DNA of 64,000 nucleotides from Octopus sinensis (GCF_006345805.1 NC_043006.1:9424001-9488000), one strand, 5' to 3'. Positions 12,787 to 26,392 are shown, counted from the stretch's first letter. The notes: a model not told the origin generated them from the letters alone. A program made the numbers and translations.

Positions 12787-12854
12787 ATATATATAAGCAC
12801 ACACACACACACATATATATATATACATATAAATATTTGTACATATATATATAA

Positions 12855-12913
<59 letters not shown>

Positions 12914-12925
12914 CATATATATGTA

Positions 12926-12966
<41 letters not shown>
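12745..12966. repeat. (TA)n-rich microsatellite
   Basis: Direct. Source of the poly-YI ORFs here. Confidence 0.9.
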
Positions 12967-12967
<1 letters not shown>

Positions 12968-13290
12968 AGGAGTTGAATGAATGTAGTATGGATAATTCGG
13001 TTAACCGATACCTAGGTAGCAAATTCACGTCAGAAAACACGGTGGTTGAAGCTACATGCCAAGGGCTGAGATCACGTGCTTTCGTGTGGAAATTTGTGTG
13101 TGTTTATTACTATGAATAAATGAAAGAATGGAGTCGAACGACGATTTAACAAAATTTCATTATTCTCGACACATGTTTCGAAGACTGCATATTCCTAATT
13201 CCGAAGGAATAAAGGGTGCATTATGCCGCCTTCTCATCAGGAAAGACAAGGAACGTATGTCAGCATCATGACAAACAACAATTTTTAGAT
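12967..13290 (-). mobile_element. Probable Penelope-like terminal-repeat fragment carrying a hammerhead motif
   Basis: Non-microsatellite island between TA tracts that contains the HHR at 13164-13244. The family assignment is inferred from the HHR only. Confidence 0.4.
13164..13244 (-). ncRNA. Type I hammerhead ribozyme with extended stem II
   Basis: UUUC-CUGAUGA-GAAGGC[long branched loop]GUCUUC-GAAA-C-AUGU-GUC^GAGA. The core is complete, stem II has 6 bp, stem I has 4 bp, and cleavage is predicted between 13168 and 13167. Confidence 0.75.
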
Positions 13291-13324
13291 ATACATATAT
13301 ATATAGGTATGTATGTATGTTGTA

Positions 13325-13960
13325 TGTATATAGGGTGCGTTGCAGATGTTTATAATATTTTATAGGAGAGACATTAATTACAAAATTGTACAAAACTCTC
13401 ATCTCTTTTAAAGTAGGATACTCTGAGTTCAACGTACCTGTACAGCTCAAGGTAGGTTGTGAAGGCCTATCGGAAGTCCACCAGTTTTGAAGGTATCCAA
13501 CGCTCTTGTTGCAGCCCCGTTCGTCTTCAAAAGGACTATTCTCCCGAGTTCCTTCAATGTGGAAAATATGTAAAAGACAGTGGAACCATTATCTAGACGT
13601 ATGGTGAGTGATAGTTCTGACGTATAGCCTTGTCGAGTAGTTTATTACCAAAATGCTCATCATAGGGCACCCAGGTAACAAAGGTCGCGCAAATTTGGCA
13701 TATGTTCAGATTTCCATAAATAATTGTGTGGTGTTACCACACCTATTCCAAACTCTTTATATATTGCTTTTCTAGGTCGCACTGGATTCTTCATCGAGAA
13801 GACTGAATATTTTGAACTAGCACTGATGTTCTGACTTGCCTCTCCTTCCCACAACTCTCGTAAAGTCTCCCCTCCCCTCCACCGTCTTCGATCCTCTTTT
13901 ACTTGCAAAAATATTAATGCATAAGATCTGAAGTATTTCATAAGTATGTCAAGCTTATGA
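13325..13960 (-). mobile_element. Decayed, internally deleted Tc1/mariner-superfamily transposon
   Basis: Peptide remnants (KNP.RPRKAIYKEFGIGVVTPHNYLWKSEHMP; LKTNGAATRALDT; FTTYLELYRYVE) resemble the HTH and C-terminal parts of these transposases. A TA-TAGGGTG terminus lies at ~13330. The second TIR was not found. Confidence 0.4.
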
Positions 13961-14084
13961 CCAGCTTAACTCGTAACTTAGCGGGAGCCCAAATTTTCCT
14001 ACGGTATTCAGGAAACGGGAGCGGTAATAAACTGTGACAAGTGGTGTTTAGTGGGAGTTAAGCCCGTCGTATATACACATATAT

Positions 14085-14304
14085 TCTTTACTCTTTTTCT
14101 CTTTTTACTTGTTTCAGTCATTTGACTGCGGCCATGCTGGAGCACCGCCTTTAGTCGAGCAAATCGACCCCGGGACTTATTCTTTGTAAGCCCAGTACTT
14201 ATTATATCGGTCTCTTTTGCCGAATCGCTAAGTGACGGGGACATAAACACACCAGCATCGGTTGTCAAGCAATGCTAGGGGGACAAACACACTCACACAA
14301 ACAC
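14085..14304 (-). mobile_element. Family B SINE, 3' half, young
   Basis: Nearly identical to the 3' half of the other B copies. Confidence 0.9.
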
Positions 14305-14339
14305 ATTATTCTATGTATATAGAAATATGTATGTGTGCA

Positions 14340-14575
14340 TGCACATGTGTGTGTGCGTGTGTGTATGTGTCTGTGTGTCTGTTTGTGTCAGTGTGTGCAC
14401 CTCTTCCGCTTGAAAACCGGTTGTGGTGCACTCAGGTCCCCGAAAATTCGTCGCTCGACAAAAGAAACATAGTAAGATACGAATTATATTAAAAAAAAAG
14501 TCTTTTAGACGTCGTTTCGACTGAGACCCAGGTGGGCTGCAGTGAAGTGAGCGAAACAAATAAAACAATATAAGA
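14340..14575 (+). mobile_element. Old diverged relative of the family B 3' half
   Basis: CCGCTTGAAAACCGGTTGTGGTG...GTCCCCG...GACAAAAGAAAC...TTCGACT...GAAACAAATAAAA is colinear with the B 3' domain. A matching middle piece AAGCCCGTCGTATATA is at 14060-14075. Confidence 0.6.
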
Positions 14576-15370
14576 AAATATTAGATCTATATACGAGTAT
14601 ATATCGGTATTTAATCAACTCTGATATAGCACACCCCCCACCCCGATGACATCTCAATTTCTCCTTATTTTTGGTTATCTAATTAGATCATAGTAATAAC
14701 GTTTCTTTTTAAGAATTAATATAATATAATATAATGTAAATATATTTTTTAAGTAAATTACATAATTACTCTACGGAAATATACTGTAATGAATATAAAT
14801 TTATGTTTTAGTGTTATTATTTTCACATTATATGTAATTAAGAATGTTCTCGAAAAATGCTAATTTGATGCAATATTATCGATTAGGCTGGAGATAAATA
14901 TATTTAAACCTAACAAGGGAAATTAATTTACATAACTGCATTAAAATTAGATTTTTGTCTGTATATTTAGTTACTACATTTCTTATTAACTGAAATATGC
15001 ATTTTCTAAATGCAACATTTTATCAGTATTTTCTTTCACACAGTGTGATGCATTGACTAAGATGTTTAACGATTGTACGTTTTTAACTATTTAATTTTAG
15101 CGTGCCGTTTTCACTGGGGTCTCCGTAGCACATACGTATAAACCTACGTATAAACCTACGTAATATTTTCTCAATGCAATAAGATCAATCAATGCTGCAA
15201 GTATAGCAGAGCCTTTTATGACTTTGAATGCAAGGTAACTGGTTTCGTGTTCCATGCTACTCCATTAAAGCTTGCCCTACTACAAATGTTTAAGGTGACC
15301 CAATTACACTTATGCAAAATCCGGTATGCGCTCCGCCCTTCCGGCATGTATGTATGTATGTATATAGGCA

Positions 15371-15515
15371 GAGTTTACAAAAAAATAAACAAAAGACGAA
15401 GACAAGTGGTGTACAAAACAAACAGCTGTAATAATATAACGCCTAAGAATAGAAAGTCTTTTACGTTTCGAGCTTACGATCTTCTACAGAAAGGGACACA
15501 GGAAAAAACAAGGCG
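15371..15515 (-). mobile_element. Short repeat family with a hammerhead-like fold (copy 1)
   Basis: Homologous to 26441-26567 (AAACAAAAGACGAAG..GGTGTACAAA..GAATAGAAA..TTTTACGTTTCGAGC.TACG.TCTT). Confidence 0.65.
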
Positions 15516-15517
15516 AG

Positions 15518-15547
15518 ATCTATCTACCTATCTACCTATCTATCTAC

Positions 15548-15624
<77 letters not shown>

Positions 15625-15656
15625 AGTCTATCTACCATCTATGTGTGTATGTATAT

Positions 15657-15725
<69 letters not shown>

Positions 15726-15735
15726 GTGTGTGTGT
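15518..15735. repeat. (ATCT)n followed by (TA)n
   Basis: Direct. Confidence 0.9.
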
Positions 15736-17224
15736 GCAGGTATATACACGTACGTATTTACGTAGTTGAGCATATGTGGTACTAGTTTGAGGTCATCCAA
15801 AAGGCACATTGTTATTTACTTTCGGAACGTGTTTCTCGATTTTTGCACAAACGTTTTTCCTGGGTGCGACATAAGACTGTTTAATAAAATATTGACCAGG
15901 AGAATTAATCACTGACGCTCAGTATGAAATAAATGCCTGATGCTTCTCTTAAAGCTAGTTTTTCAATAGAGGACATTCTGTTCCAACAGCCGTATCTCTG
16001 ACAAGCAATCGCAAGCGTTACAATAGAAAATGCGTGGAATAAACGAATGTGCCAACGGTCAATTTTACACCCAAAAGTTGATAATGCAATATACGATAAA
16101 AACATCACAAAATGCTCAACATAAAAATGTTGATGTGCGTAAATTCTGCTTGTAGTTTGGGTTCAAAATTGATTTCATTGTAATCGGTAGTTGGAGACAC
16201 TTCACGTCATGCAATATGAAGAAATTAAATATTCGTTGACTATCAATGGATAAGATTAAATACGAGGCTGAAACGATTACTTGAAGCGATATTGAGCAAT
16301 TTCTTCTTTCCCTGTAGCTATTGCCCAAGCGCTGCCTCAGTTGTTTGATTGAATCTAGTAAAAGAATAAAGTAATAATCTAGCTCGAATGTCTTACTCTT
16401 AGTGATAAACGTCTACAATTTAATTCTGCCTTATAGTTAGAGTTCCCGACATAAAGTGTGTTCTTTCTCACAGTTCTCATCATCCTGACAAACGAATTTA
16501 AATACACTAACATACATTTAGCTTCTTCTGACATATAGGCATGACTTTCTGTGAAAAAGTATTCCCTATTTAAATATATGTTTATGTTAGCATGAACGGG
16601 TGATTAAAGTGTAAAAACAGAAATGCACTGAGCGAAAAACTTCAGAAAGTTTTCTATCTTTATGGTCATCGTTCAGAAAAATATATCAAATATATCAAAT
16701 AGCCTCTCACATTGTATCCTTCGCTAGTAAATATATGGTATCACAAAATCTAGGTGTAAGTAGTTCAACCGTACTAATTTAAGGATGGTATTCCATATGG
16801 CTACCGAGTTCCGTTTCTTCTTTCATAACTCCTTAATGATTTGTTGTTTGATTTGTTACTCTATGTAATCCTTCATTTCCTTTCGAAAATAGTGTAGGTG
16901 AACCCGTTTAGTGTCAACAATTGTCAGAGCAATTACTCTGATTGTCTATGTGCTTTTTAGTGGATTATTTCACATTTTAACCGATAAAACAATAATATCT
17001 GGGAGAAGCCTCTACTAAATATATGAAATACTCGCAGAAAAACGCATTGTCGACTGGGATGAAAATAGCCTGCCAAAATTCTATCTTGAACACTGAAAGT
17101 TATTCACTTAGATTTTATTGAACATAAATAATGGCTCTTAACATTCATGTGCACGATAGAGGTGTTTACCTCTGGCCAATATCATCATCATCATCATCAT
17201 CATCATAATATATGTATATATATA

Positions 17225-18400
17225 TAATTGTTTCCTTATTTAAGCTTCTGTCCAAGGACTGAGGTCATGCTGAGGAATTTGACTTTGTTGCCCTCGTCTT
17301 TATATCTTTCCTGGACGTCGGTTCATCTGACACTCATGACTGAAGGAGATCTATTTTTGTTTTGAAAAGCGTACATCCACGCCATACAGGGCTCTCACGC
17401 TTTGTGGAAGGATTTAGGAGCCTTTGAATACCAGTCTGTTATAGTATCTGGTCCTGTACCCTAATGACAATGTTGGGAACTTTGTTACCATGCAGAAGCG
17501 CTCCATCCTGCTGTTTGCTTAAGTGAGAATGCTAAATCATGCAACTAGTTTTTCTAAGAAATTTAAGATGTATCTTATCGTATTCCTTTCCTGCCTTCGC
17601 TCCACGGAGTAGAGTCTTAACTCCTTCAGTCTCTCCCAGTAGTTGACATGTCGCATAGTATCGACCTTACTTGTGTAAATTCGTTGGATCGCTTCGAGAA
17701 CTTTCGTTAATTATACACTGTTTGGTGACCATAACTGGGAGCAGTCCTCCAGAAGACCAGCATGGTTTTCGTTTTCCTTATTTTGAAAGTTCGAAGGACC
17801 TATACATATAGACGCCTACATTTTATTGCTAACTTAGTATTGTGCACCTGTAAAGATGCATCATTACTCATGTCGACGCCCCCGGTCACGGAGTGATTTT
17901 GATTCAAGGGCTGGAATCCCTCCAAGTCTAGTGATGTCTACAGGATTCTGAATCCTCTGAGTTAATTTTGTATCGCCTGCATAGCTAGCAAAGGTAGATA
18001 CTTGAACAGCTGAGGACATGTCATGGTGGGCCGCTATGAATAATAGCGCCCTCAGAACAGTAGCCTGTGGAACACCACCCATTATTTGTATTTTCTTGGA
18101 GGTGGCCTCGTTGACCACCACTACGTGGAAATATGTCAAATTTTCGGAGCTTGTGAGAAGTCATACCATGGTCGAATTTGTGAAAGGCTTTTGCTTAGTC
18201 GATGTATATCACCTGCACATTTGTGTTGTTCATCAACCGCTTTAGCAATCATTCGTAGTGCTGCAAGAGCTGTGTCAGACATTTCCTACCTGGTCGAAAA
18301 CCATGTTGGGTGTCACTCAGCAAGTCATACTCTTCAAGGAATGCAATTAATTTCCTGCGGAATATTTGTTCCATGACATTCCCGATTCTGAGGTCAGAGA
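17225..18400 (-). mobile_element. CR1-group (CR1/L2-like) LINE, 5'-truncated RT + C-terminus relic
   Basis: The reverse strand gives VIYID*AKAFHKFDHG, GVPQATVLRALLF, SYAGDTK (YADD-derived) and DCSQLWSP...LEAIQR...YWERLKELRLYSVERR, with stops and frameshifts. Confidence 0.85.
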
Positions 18401-20163
18401 GATAGGCCTATATGACTTAGCATGTGCTCTGTATCGTTTCTGTGTATATTTTGAAGGGGATTGTTTTAATAATTTTCATATTGTTTTAGAATATACCACG
18501 GAGAAATAATCCAAGAAGAAATAAATTCCTATGATCTAGTTTGTAGATAAACTATAATAAAAACTGAAGCCAATACAAAATTTACAATCAAAATGTGAAT
18601 TCTATTCTTCTCCTTCTGACTAGAACAAACCCAAGATAAAGAATACAACAAAAGAGTTACTGACGTAAGGGATACTAGTTGATGACATCAGCTTGAAAAA
18701 TAAAAGACACAGAGAGCCGAAACAACTCTCTAATGTCCTGTTTTTTGAGAGATCATCAAGAGTAGATGCTCGCAATTTTAAATGGGATTAAGAATAATTT
18801 TTGTAGATCAGAGCATATTTATAATGACAGATAGAAGAGAAAAGACGAATGGAGCTATAAGATAAGTTAGGGAATTGAATCTATCTCTAATTTACCGGCC
18901 GTAAATGCTGCCAATCTTCAATTCCGTCGTGTGAATCTCGGAATGGTAAATATATACCTGAGTATAGTTGCATGATGAAGTATCTGCCAACGATGAAGAT
19001 AAAACCAAAATCAGTAATCACAATGCAGAGAAAAAACAACGCTATTTGATTGTCACATTTGTTTGCAGTTAATGTTTTATTGTTCATATAAAGGGATCTG
19101 TTGTAAAGGATTTTAGATACGAAATAAGTATTCAAAAAAGAAATAATGATAATAAAAAAGAAACCCATCACAATATGTAAAATATCACCTGATATTATTT
19201 TGTCTCAGAAGTAAACCCAAATGACAAACTCTTTAAAAGATATCATTTATTGAAATATTAACCTAAAATAAAGACTACAATTTAAGGAAAGAGAGACAGA
19301 GGGGAAGAGCGACAGGGAGAAAGAGAGAGTGATAGAGAGAGAGAGAGAGAGGGAGAGAGATTCATGAGGAATTCTTCGGATGTAACAGTCACGTTTTGGT
19401 TTGGATATCTTTTGAATTTTGTACTTAAATTATGCTCTATAGGGACGCTGTTGTGAAAAAAACCATACCTGACTAATTCTTCTTCAAATCTTATTTGGGC
19501 CAGTATTCAGAAGCTCTGCCATCTAAGTTATTAATTGGCACACTCATTTTCGGAAATATGGTGTAAAAAATTTTCACCACATTACAGCTGCTATTGAAGG
19601 TCAGACATGGACATGACTGCAGCCGTTACACTTTGTGCATGATATATATGTACGATTCTTAGAACAAAAATCACTGCTGATTTTTGAGTAATCGATTGCG
19701 GTTCAATACGAATATCCGCAGCTGGTATCTTCAACGGCAAGTATTTCATTTCATATAGATATAGAAAACAGCAAGAACTACAATGAATGGGATTCTAGTA
19801 ATAAAATGACAGAATCTGCAGTAAGTATTGTAATGTTTCCGCTCATATCATGATCACTGAAGTGATCAACCCATTACCGAGGCCAATGATATTGCATCTA
19901 ATTTGCAAGTGTAACCAACATAATGCATCAGCTACTTTATGTGAGCCCATTACTTACCTATGTATCGCTGGGAAGGGTACTTTATACCGCAAACTTTAAC
20001 ACATTATTTCACAAATCAAACCCACATTATGTTGTTCCATTTGAACCGTGATTGTCATTCAGTCACCAACATTTCAAGGATGCCTTCCCTCTATGAATGA
20101 TTAGATTTATGGGTGTTTTATAAGTGCAATTGTATACATTGTCACGGCATCGTGCAATAATTG

Positions 20164-20384
20164 TATGCATATTGGCTGCGGAAAAATTCCTGACTTTGGG
20201 TAAAAGAAAATAAAGGAGCATCAGTTAATGTTAATTTTATTCAACATATTCCTTCTCACATTTACACACTTATTGCAGCGCACTTCAGTTTTCCTTAGAC
20301 CTGTGAAAGAATTCGGAATGTAGAGGCATCAACCACGCCTTTCGCGACACTTTTAAAGCCAAGAACGCTTCAGCACCCCCTGTA
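20164..20384 (-). mobile_element. Mariner-derived MITE
   Basis: TA-flanked imperfect TIRs (GCTGCGGAAAAATTCCTGACTTT vs GGTGCTGAAGCGTTCTTGGCTTT). The internal FTGLRKTEVRCNKCVN resembles the mariner transposase C-terminus. Confidence 0.55.
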
Positions 20385-23300
20385 TTAGAATATGCTGCAT
20401 GCTCAGTCTCAAGATAAAATTAAGGTGACATTGTAGTAAATTGAGACTTACAAGATTTTTAACTCACGGCATGTTTACTTCACGAATCTCTAGTATAATG
20501 TAGGCATACACATACCAGGGCACCCACAAATCACAAATGTCGGCATTTCTGAAAATATGGCAACGGTGGTATGCATGTGCACGAATGCTCATTGTTTACA
20601 CTTAAAGCAAGAGAATTGCATGATTTGTGGAATAGGCAGCCAACCAACCAGCCATGAAATAGGTTCATAGCAAGATATATGGTGAAGAAATCTTAGTCCT
20701 CATCAATGGTGTATAGTGGGGAAATCCTAGTATCCATCAACTAAACTGCCATTCAGCAATACTAAGCACTGACACACTGATATTTCTATACATCCATAGT
20801 TATATATCACAATATGCCACTCCACTGAATGAATATAAAGTACATTCGTTTATATAATATCATGTGCTTTGATACAATGTGTAGAATAACTTCAAGTAAT
20901 ATTGTTCAGAAAACAACAAAGATCTGCCGTCACAACTTACACTATTCACTAAAATTTAAGAGTAATATCAATAAAAAGGAAGTTTCATGTATCACTGACC
21001 AAAATAATAATAGAAGGGCAAGTAATTTCTGAGTAACCATCTAATCATATGGCTTTGTGTAGGGTAAAAATTATTGCTGGAATTGAAAATTTGTTTTCTT
21101 TCGCGTATCTTGTCCAAATATATAATCTACTTTGAAGGTTTGTTCATTTATTTGATGAAAACTTAAATTACACATTTACTTCAGAGAAAATTAGTTCAAA
21201 AGACGTAAATATTAATTAATTATTCCCTTTTGAAAGTCATAACCTCTCAATCGGATAATTAGTAGTTCATAACTTGTTAGGTTTTGTTTCTTTTCTAGTG
21301 CCATATTTATTCAATTAAATATGTCTGAATATATCGATTGTTCAATGATCACATAATTAGCTAACTAACTTTCGCTTACAGTTCATCGCCTACAATTGCA
21401 CCGTTCTTAATCAGATTCATACACAAAATTATACACATATCTCTGATTTTATAATTAACTCTTTCTAGAGTTGGGCATGATTTTATATAAGGAAAACTCC
21501 ACAAAAGATATGGAAATATGTTTATTTCTTGCCAAAAGATTTATTTTTGACAAAAATTCAATAGTATCATCTAACCTTAACTCTCGCTTTTCTTCACAAA
21601 ATAAATCCATTATATTCTCAAAGAATTTCTGTTATAAACTGTGTCATGCTTTCTGTAAGACTACTCCCTTTATTTATACATGTATCTACGTTTTTGAAAT
21701 AGTGAATATAAAAGATCCACAAAACTTTATTAAATGCCATTAAGATTTTCATAGAAATTTGTAAACATTAAACCACAATGTAGATATTAAACAGCGTGAC
21801 GTTTCATAATGCATAATTGTTCTTGTGCGTGCTTGCAGTTATCTTTCTTTCATCATGAATAGGATCACGATGCTATTCTTAAGAACATAGTTTATAAAAG
21901 CTCAGGAATATGCTTGAATATACAATGTAGCTCCTTTTGAACGGTGGACGAATTTAAAATTTGACTAAATGCATTTCTGATAAGGCATTTCTGATCATCT
22001 GTATATATTTTCATTCAAAGTATAGAGTTGTTAAGCGCATGCTGTCTTTTGTTGAGATTTGTACTACATATGCAATGTGTACTTTCACTTAAGCATTTAG
22101 TACATCGTCTAATTCTAGAAATGAATAGCGATCAAATATTGAGAAAATTGATTTAATCAGAAATTATTAGTTAAATCGAAGATTTCTAGTTGAATTAATC
22201 GTAAGAAAATGTAAGCAATGAAACAAAGTTTGCACTTGTTATCGCTTAGATGAAATTTTACTCAATGAAATCTGAGCAACAATTACTAAAAATACTACCA
22301 ATAGCAAACTATTGCTTGGAATACTGGATATGTTCTCGAAAATTTTTCATAACCCGTAGTTTCTATTTACTGACTCATATTCAGGACAAAATTTGGGTAA
22401 GCACAGTAAAAAAAAAAATAACACGTTAAAGGAAGGAGAAACGAAAGTGGTAGAATGTCTACAAAACAGAGAACATCGTGTCATATATTATGGATGAATA
22501 ATTACAACAATAACGTTTATGTTCAAATTAAGAAACGTTGTTGAATTTTAATATTATATTGTCCTTTCAGTTAGTTTATTGCGTTTTTTACTAAACGAGT
22601 AAAGAAAAAAATGAATTACATCACAGAAGAATATGTGACACAATATCCGTGTTGCTCTAAAATAATTTTATTGAAATGACGTGACAGGCAATTGCGCGCT
22701 TTAATTTATATACCATCATTGTTTTTATTTAAAAAGGAATGGCATTCATTTGTTCCAGCTGAAATCGGGTGATATTCGAATTTTAATGTCAACTACATGC
22801 TTGTTATCACAATATAAAGCTATGTCACTATGGGTATGTGTATTCTCGTAAACGCATGCATGTCAGAACATTTCAGTCTACGGAAATATAAAACAACTCT
22901 AAGATTTGACGTCTGAAATATCAGTTTTTTTTTCTCCAAAATGTTTACCTACTAAAGTGAATTATAATAGTGAAAATGTGACTCTTCATTCAGACACTGT
23001 GCAATACCAAGCAAGAACTATCAATCAGCATTCTTGCATGTCGTATAACAGTAAGGAATTTTGATGCTCAAGAAACGTTATGTTTAATTGCTTAATTATT
23101 AAATTGACAGTCAAAAAATACTGTAAGATATATAACTTATTACTGTAACATATCGACATTACAACTGTTGTAAGATTTCAAAACATTTCGCCCTCTAATT
23201 GAAAACACATCTAAGGTCTGATTGCACATAATTGGACTTTGCTATCTACAACAGTTACTATGATGAAATGCATTATATGTGGAAAACGGCAAATGATTGG

Positions 23301-24799
23301 CGTCGTTGATTAAACACACATATAGTGGGAAACAGTAAATCTAACCTTGTAGATATATACGACATCCTTGAAGGTTGTAGATAAATATTGTAATGCATTC
23401 ATTCATCATGATATTAATTCCTTTACTTCTTGAATATCTATTAAGCTCATAACTTTCAGCAAGCACATAAACAGCGTAAGAGAGGTAAACTATGTATACT
23501 TGGGTGTACATGCTGCTTTAGCAACAATCTTCAATGGGAATGTCATTATATGTTTGCTACTCTTCTCTAAGTAATGCACTGCCTTTCTCTTATATGCAAC
23601 AAGGGAATATCGTAACATTGCGTATATATATCCGTGTTATCTGAAGTAATTTTATGGACTGTAATTAATGAAGATCGAAATTCCAGTATAACAATTACCA
23701 TATAATTGAAGCACTTTATCTTATTCTGAAATTGACTCTCTTGATATTGAAGTATTTATCATTAGCTAGTTAATACCAACGTTAAACCTAGACAGTGACT
23801 GATCTCTAAATTCAATGTAAACTTAATGGTGTGTCTGATATTATAAATTATTTTAGGATCCCACGCTTACAAGTTCAATAGCATACTTTCTTACAGATGG
23901 ATAAGTAAATGGTAATGAATAACACTATATAACAAAATAATTTATAGCTTCTGTATGCTAATAGATGCGAATCTCTATTTAAAATGTTAATAGCTTTAGA
24001 GTGATGTGTCCAGTTCACATTAAATATAACTATTCATATTTATTCAGTTTTCAGTTTCAGAATTTAGGTGAGTTCTCCATAATTTTAATATTTACGTCGT
24101 TATATATTCACTAGCTGATTTCTAAAGCAAAGAAAAACAATACTAGAATATATAATATAGAAATACTTGATAATTCATAGTCATCCAATCTTTTCATGAT
24201 GTACGTTGAAATATATTTACAGCGGGAGGTTTTGGAAGATTTTGACTTCTAACTTACACTGTAATAGTTAAATTTGGTAATTCATACTTTCACATCGACT
24301 TTTACTAAATTCAAAGAACCGTATCAAAATTTCCAAGGGATAACATTCCACATTTCACAGTAAACGCCACCAAAGTTATTCCGGTTTGTCACACTCATGC
24401 ATTTCTGTTGTTAAAATACTTCATCAGATTAAATCCACGGTTTTCAACATATGAATCAGGCAAATGAAGCTTCTGGTTGTTGTTTTGCGTTAAATTTGTT
24501 CAGTTTCTTTCTGATATTTATGTTGTATCTTCATATATTCATTAATGAAATCGTCCATTTTTTTAACGCTTTTGTAACACTCATATACAAGATACATTGA
24601 AAACACCGTAAACGCACACTGGTGTTTTATTAAATAATGTATTTAATGGTACTCAGTATAGAAATGGATTTGTTCATATATTAAGCTATTTGCAATAAGA
24701 ATCGTACGCATAAGTGACAGAGTCTCAGAATTCTATGAATTTTAGATGAATGTTGATAAAGAGCTTCAATCAATATGTCCACAAATATGGATCATCTAC

Positions 24800-25400
24800 C
24801 ATTTACCCCGTACACCTGCATACTGTTTTCTGTGCCCACTGGATGACCGCGCATAGATCTGATTGAAGTTTCGTTCGATCATGTACACCCTTGATGAATT
24901 CTTGAAGCACAGTGTCTACTGCAAAAGGTTTTATGGTGCTAAGAGTATATTAATAGAAGTGGTTCCACTACAGTAGCCTCCGCGACTCCACTGCGGACTT
25001 GTGGTAATCTTGGGCGGATTCCATCAATCACGACATGGTAGGTTCTCTTTGTCAGGAAAAGCTTGATGCACCGTAACTGCTTTCCACGGACTCCAGTGTT
25101 GGATATTTTCTCTAGCAGCAGATTGTGGCCGATTGTGCTGAAAATTAATAATGCAAATAATCTGATGATATGAATTTACATACGTGTGTAACTGTTTCTT
25201 CAAACAGTTGCCATAGTGTTCGGATGTCGAAGAAAGCAAGGGAGAAGAATCAGTTCATTAGTGAAAAGTCATTAGCGATTGCACTCCAGCATGATTTCTG
25301 TAAGTTCATCTCATCAGATTATTGTCATAATTAATTTTCAGCACCGTCATTTTTCATAATTAAGAGCTTTCTTTGTTTGTGCCAGAAAGGAATCTAGTTT
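24800..25400 (-). mobile_element. CR1-group LINE RT relic
   Basis: Reverse-strand peptides IGHNLLLEKISNTGVRGKQLRCIKLFLTKRTYHVVIDG...VRSGVAEATVVEPLL and IKPFAVDTVLQ...KLQSDLCAVIQWA (FADD-derived). Confidence 0.75.
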
Positions 25401-26020
25401 CCTTGACATTCATTTAACCCAAGAAATATTGATATCATATCTATAGCATGTCAGAGTTCACAGAGTTTGTGGTGGAACGCCATATATGGAGAACTCCATA
25501 TGTGGTGGAACCTCATATATGTCAGTGTTTATGGTGGAATTCCATATATGAGGAATAGACGACCTTAAATTTTGTTGCAGCGAATCACTCAGTACATTAT
25601 ATCACAATGCAGTCTTCATACTAGATCGTTCTATTGTTGTAATTTACATGTGTAAACATAAGTTCTGTAGACGGTTCTCTCATTACATTAAGTCCTTATA
25701 ATTCCATCCTCTTTATTTCTAACATCTGTACTACGGTATCTCAGCATCTGTACTATAGTATCGTAACTTCCTCACTATTCTGCTTCTCATCCCTCTCTTA
25801 CCTTTGTGGCAGATATATTTTCCCAATCTAGAATGTGCTATCCCTGAGTGATCTCCCACGTGTTCGCGTTCACTTAATATTTTCTTCATTAGCCTCTACT
25901 TATCTATACCACTGACATTTATTTGCTATCTCCATCCCCCACTCCCTAATGCTGTCAACACTTGTGACTGGCCTCTATCTTTTCTTTGTCTATATAATTT
26001 ATTTCTTTATTATAACATAA

Positions 26021-26158
26021 TCACCGGTTCAATTTCCATTCATTTACTTATAGTTTTTTTCCAAAATTTTCACTGCGTCTTGCTACCCTTTGTATATTCA
26101 TTGAGATTCAACGAAAATGTTAGAAAAAGAAGGAACTGAGTGGAAACTGAACCGGTGA
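26021..26158. mobile_element. 138-bp MITE-like element
   Basis: 22-bp TIRs with 2 mismatches (26021-26042 TCACCGGTTCAATTTCCATTCA; 26137-26158). No clear TSD. Confidence 0.65.
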
Positions 26159-26204
26159 GCGTGTTTAATCATAAGACACTAAAAGAGAATGACTCTCCCG
26201 AGAC

Positions 26205-26211
<7 letters not shown>

Positions 26212-26295
<84 letters not shown>

Positions 26296-26392
26296 AATTC
26301 ATAACTAAGGACAAACGAAAAAATTTCTAATGCCATTGATAAAAGTTTTGGGGAGGAGAATGTTTTTCCAAAAAAAATTTATCCTACGTTAG

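Noticed and set aside
20900-24700. Long AT-rich unique stretch (similar ones at 34-37.6 and 54.4-56.1 kb) as candidate exons or regulatory DNA
   Set aside because: No convincing ORF, splice-flanked exon or repeat structure. Conservation cannot be judged without alignments.
25160-25190. CUGAUGA followed by a UAUG/CAUA stem
   Set aside because: No GAAA follows, and it lies inside RT-coding sequence.
25449-25553. CRISPR-like repeat-spacer pattern
   Set aside because: The units are short and degenerate, the spacers are irregular, there are no cas genes, and the context is eukaryotic.
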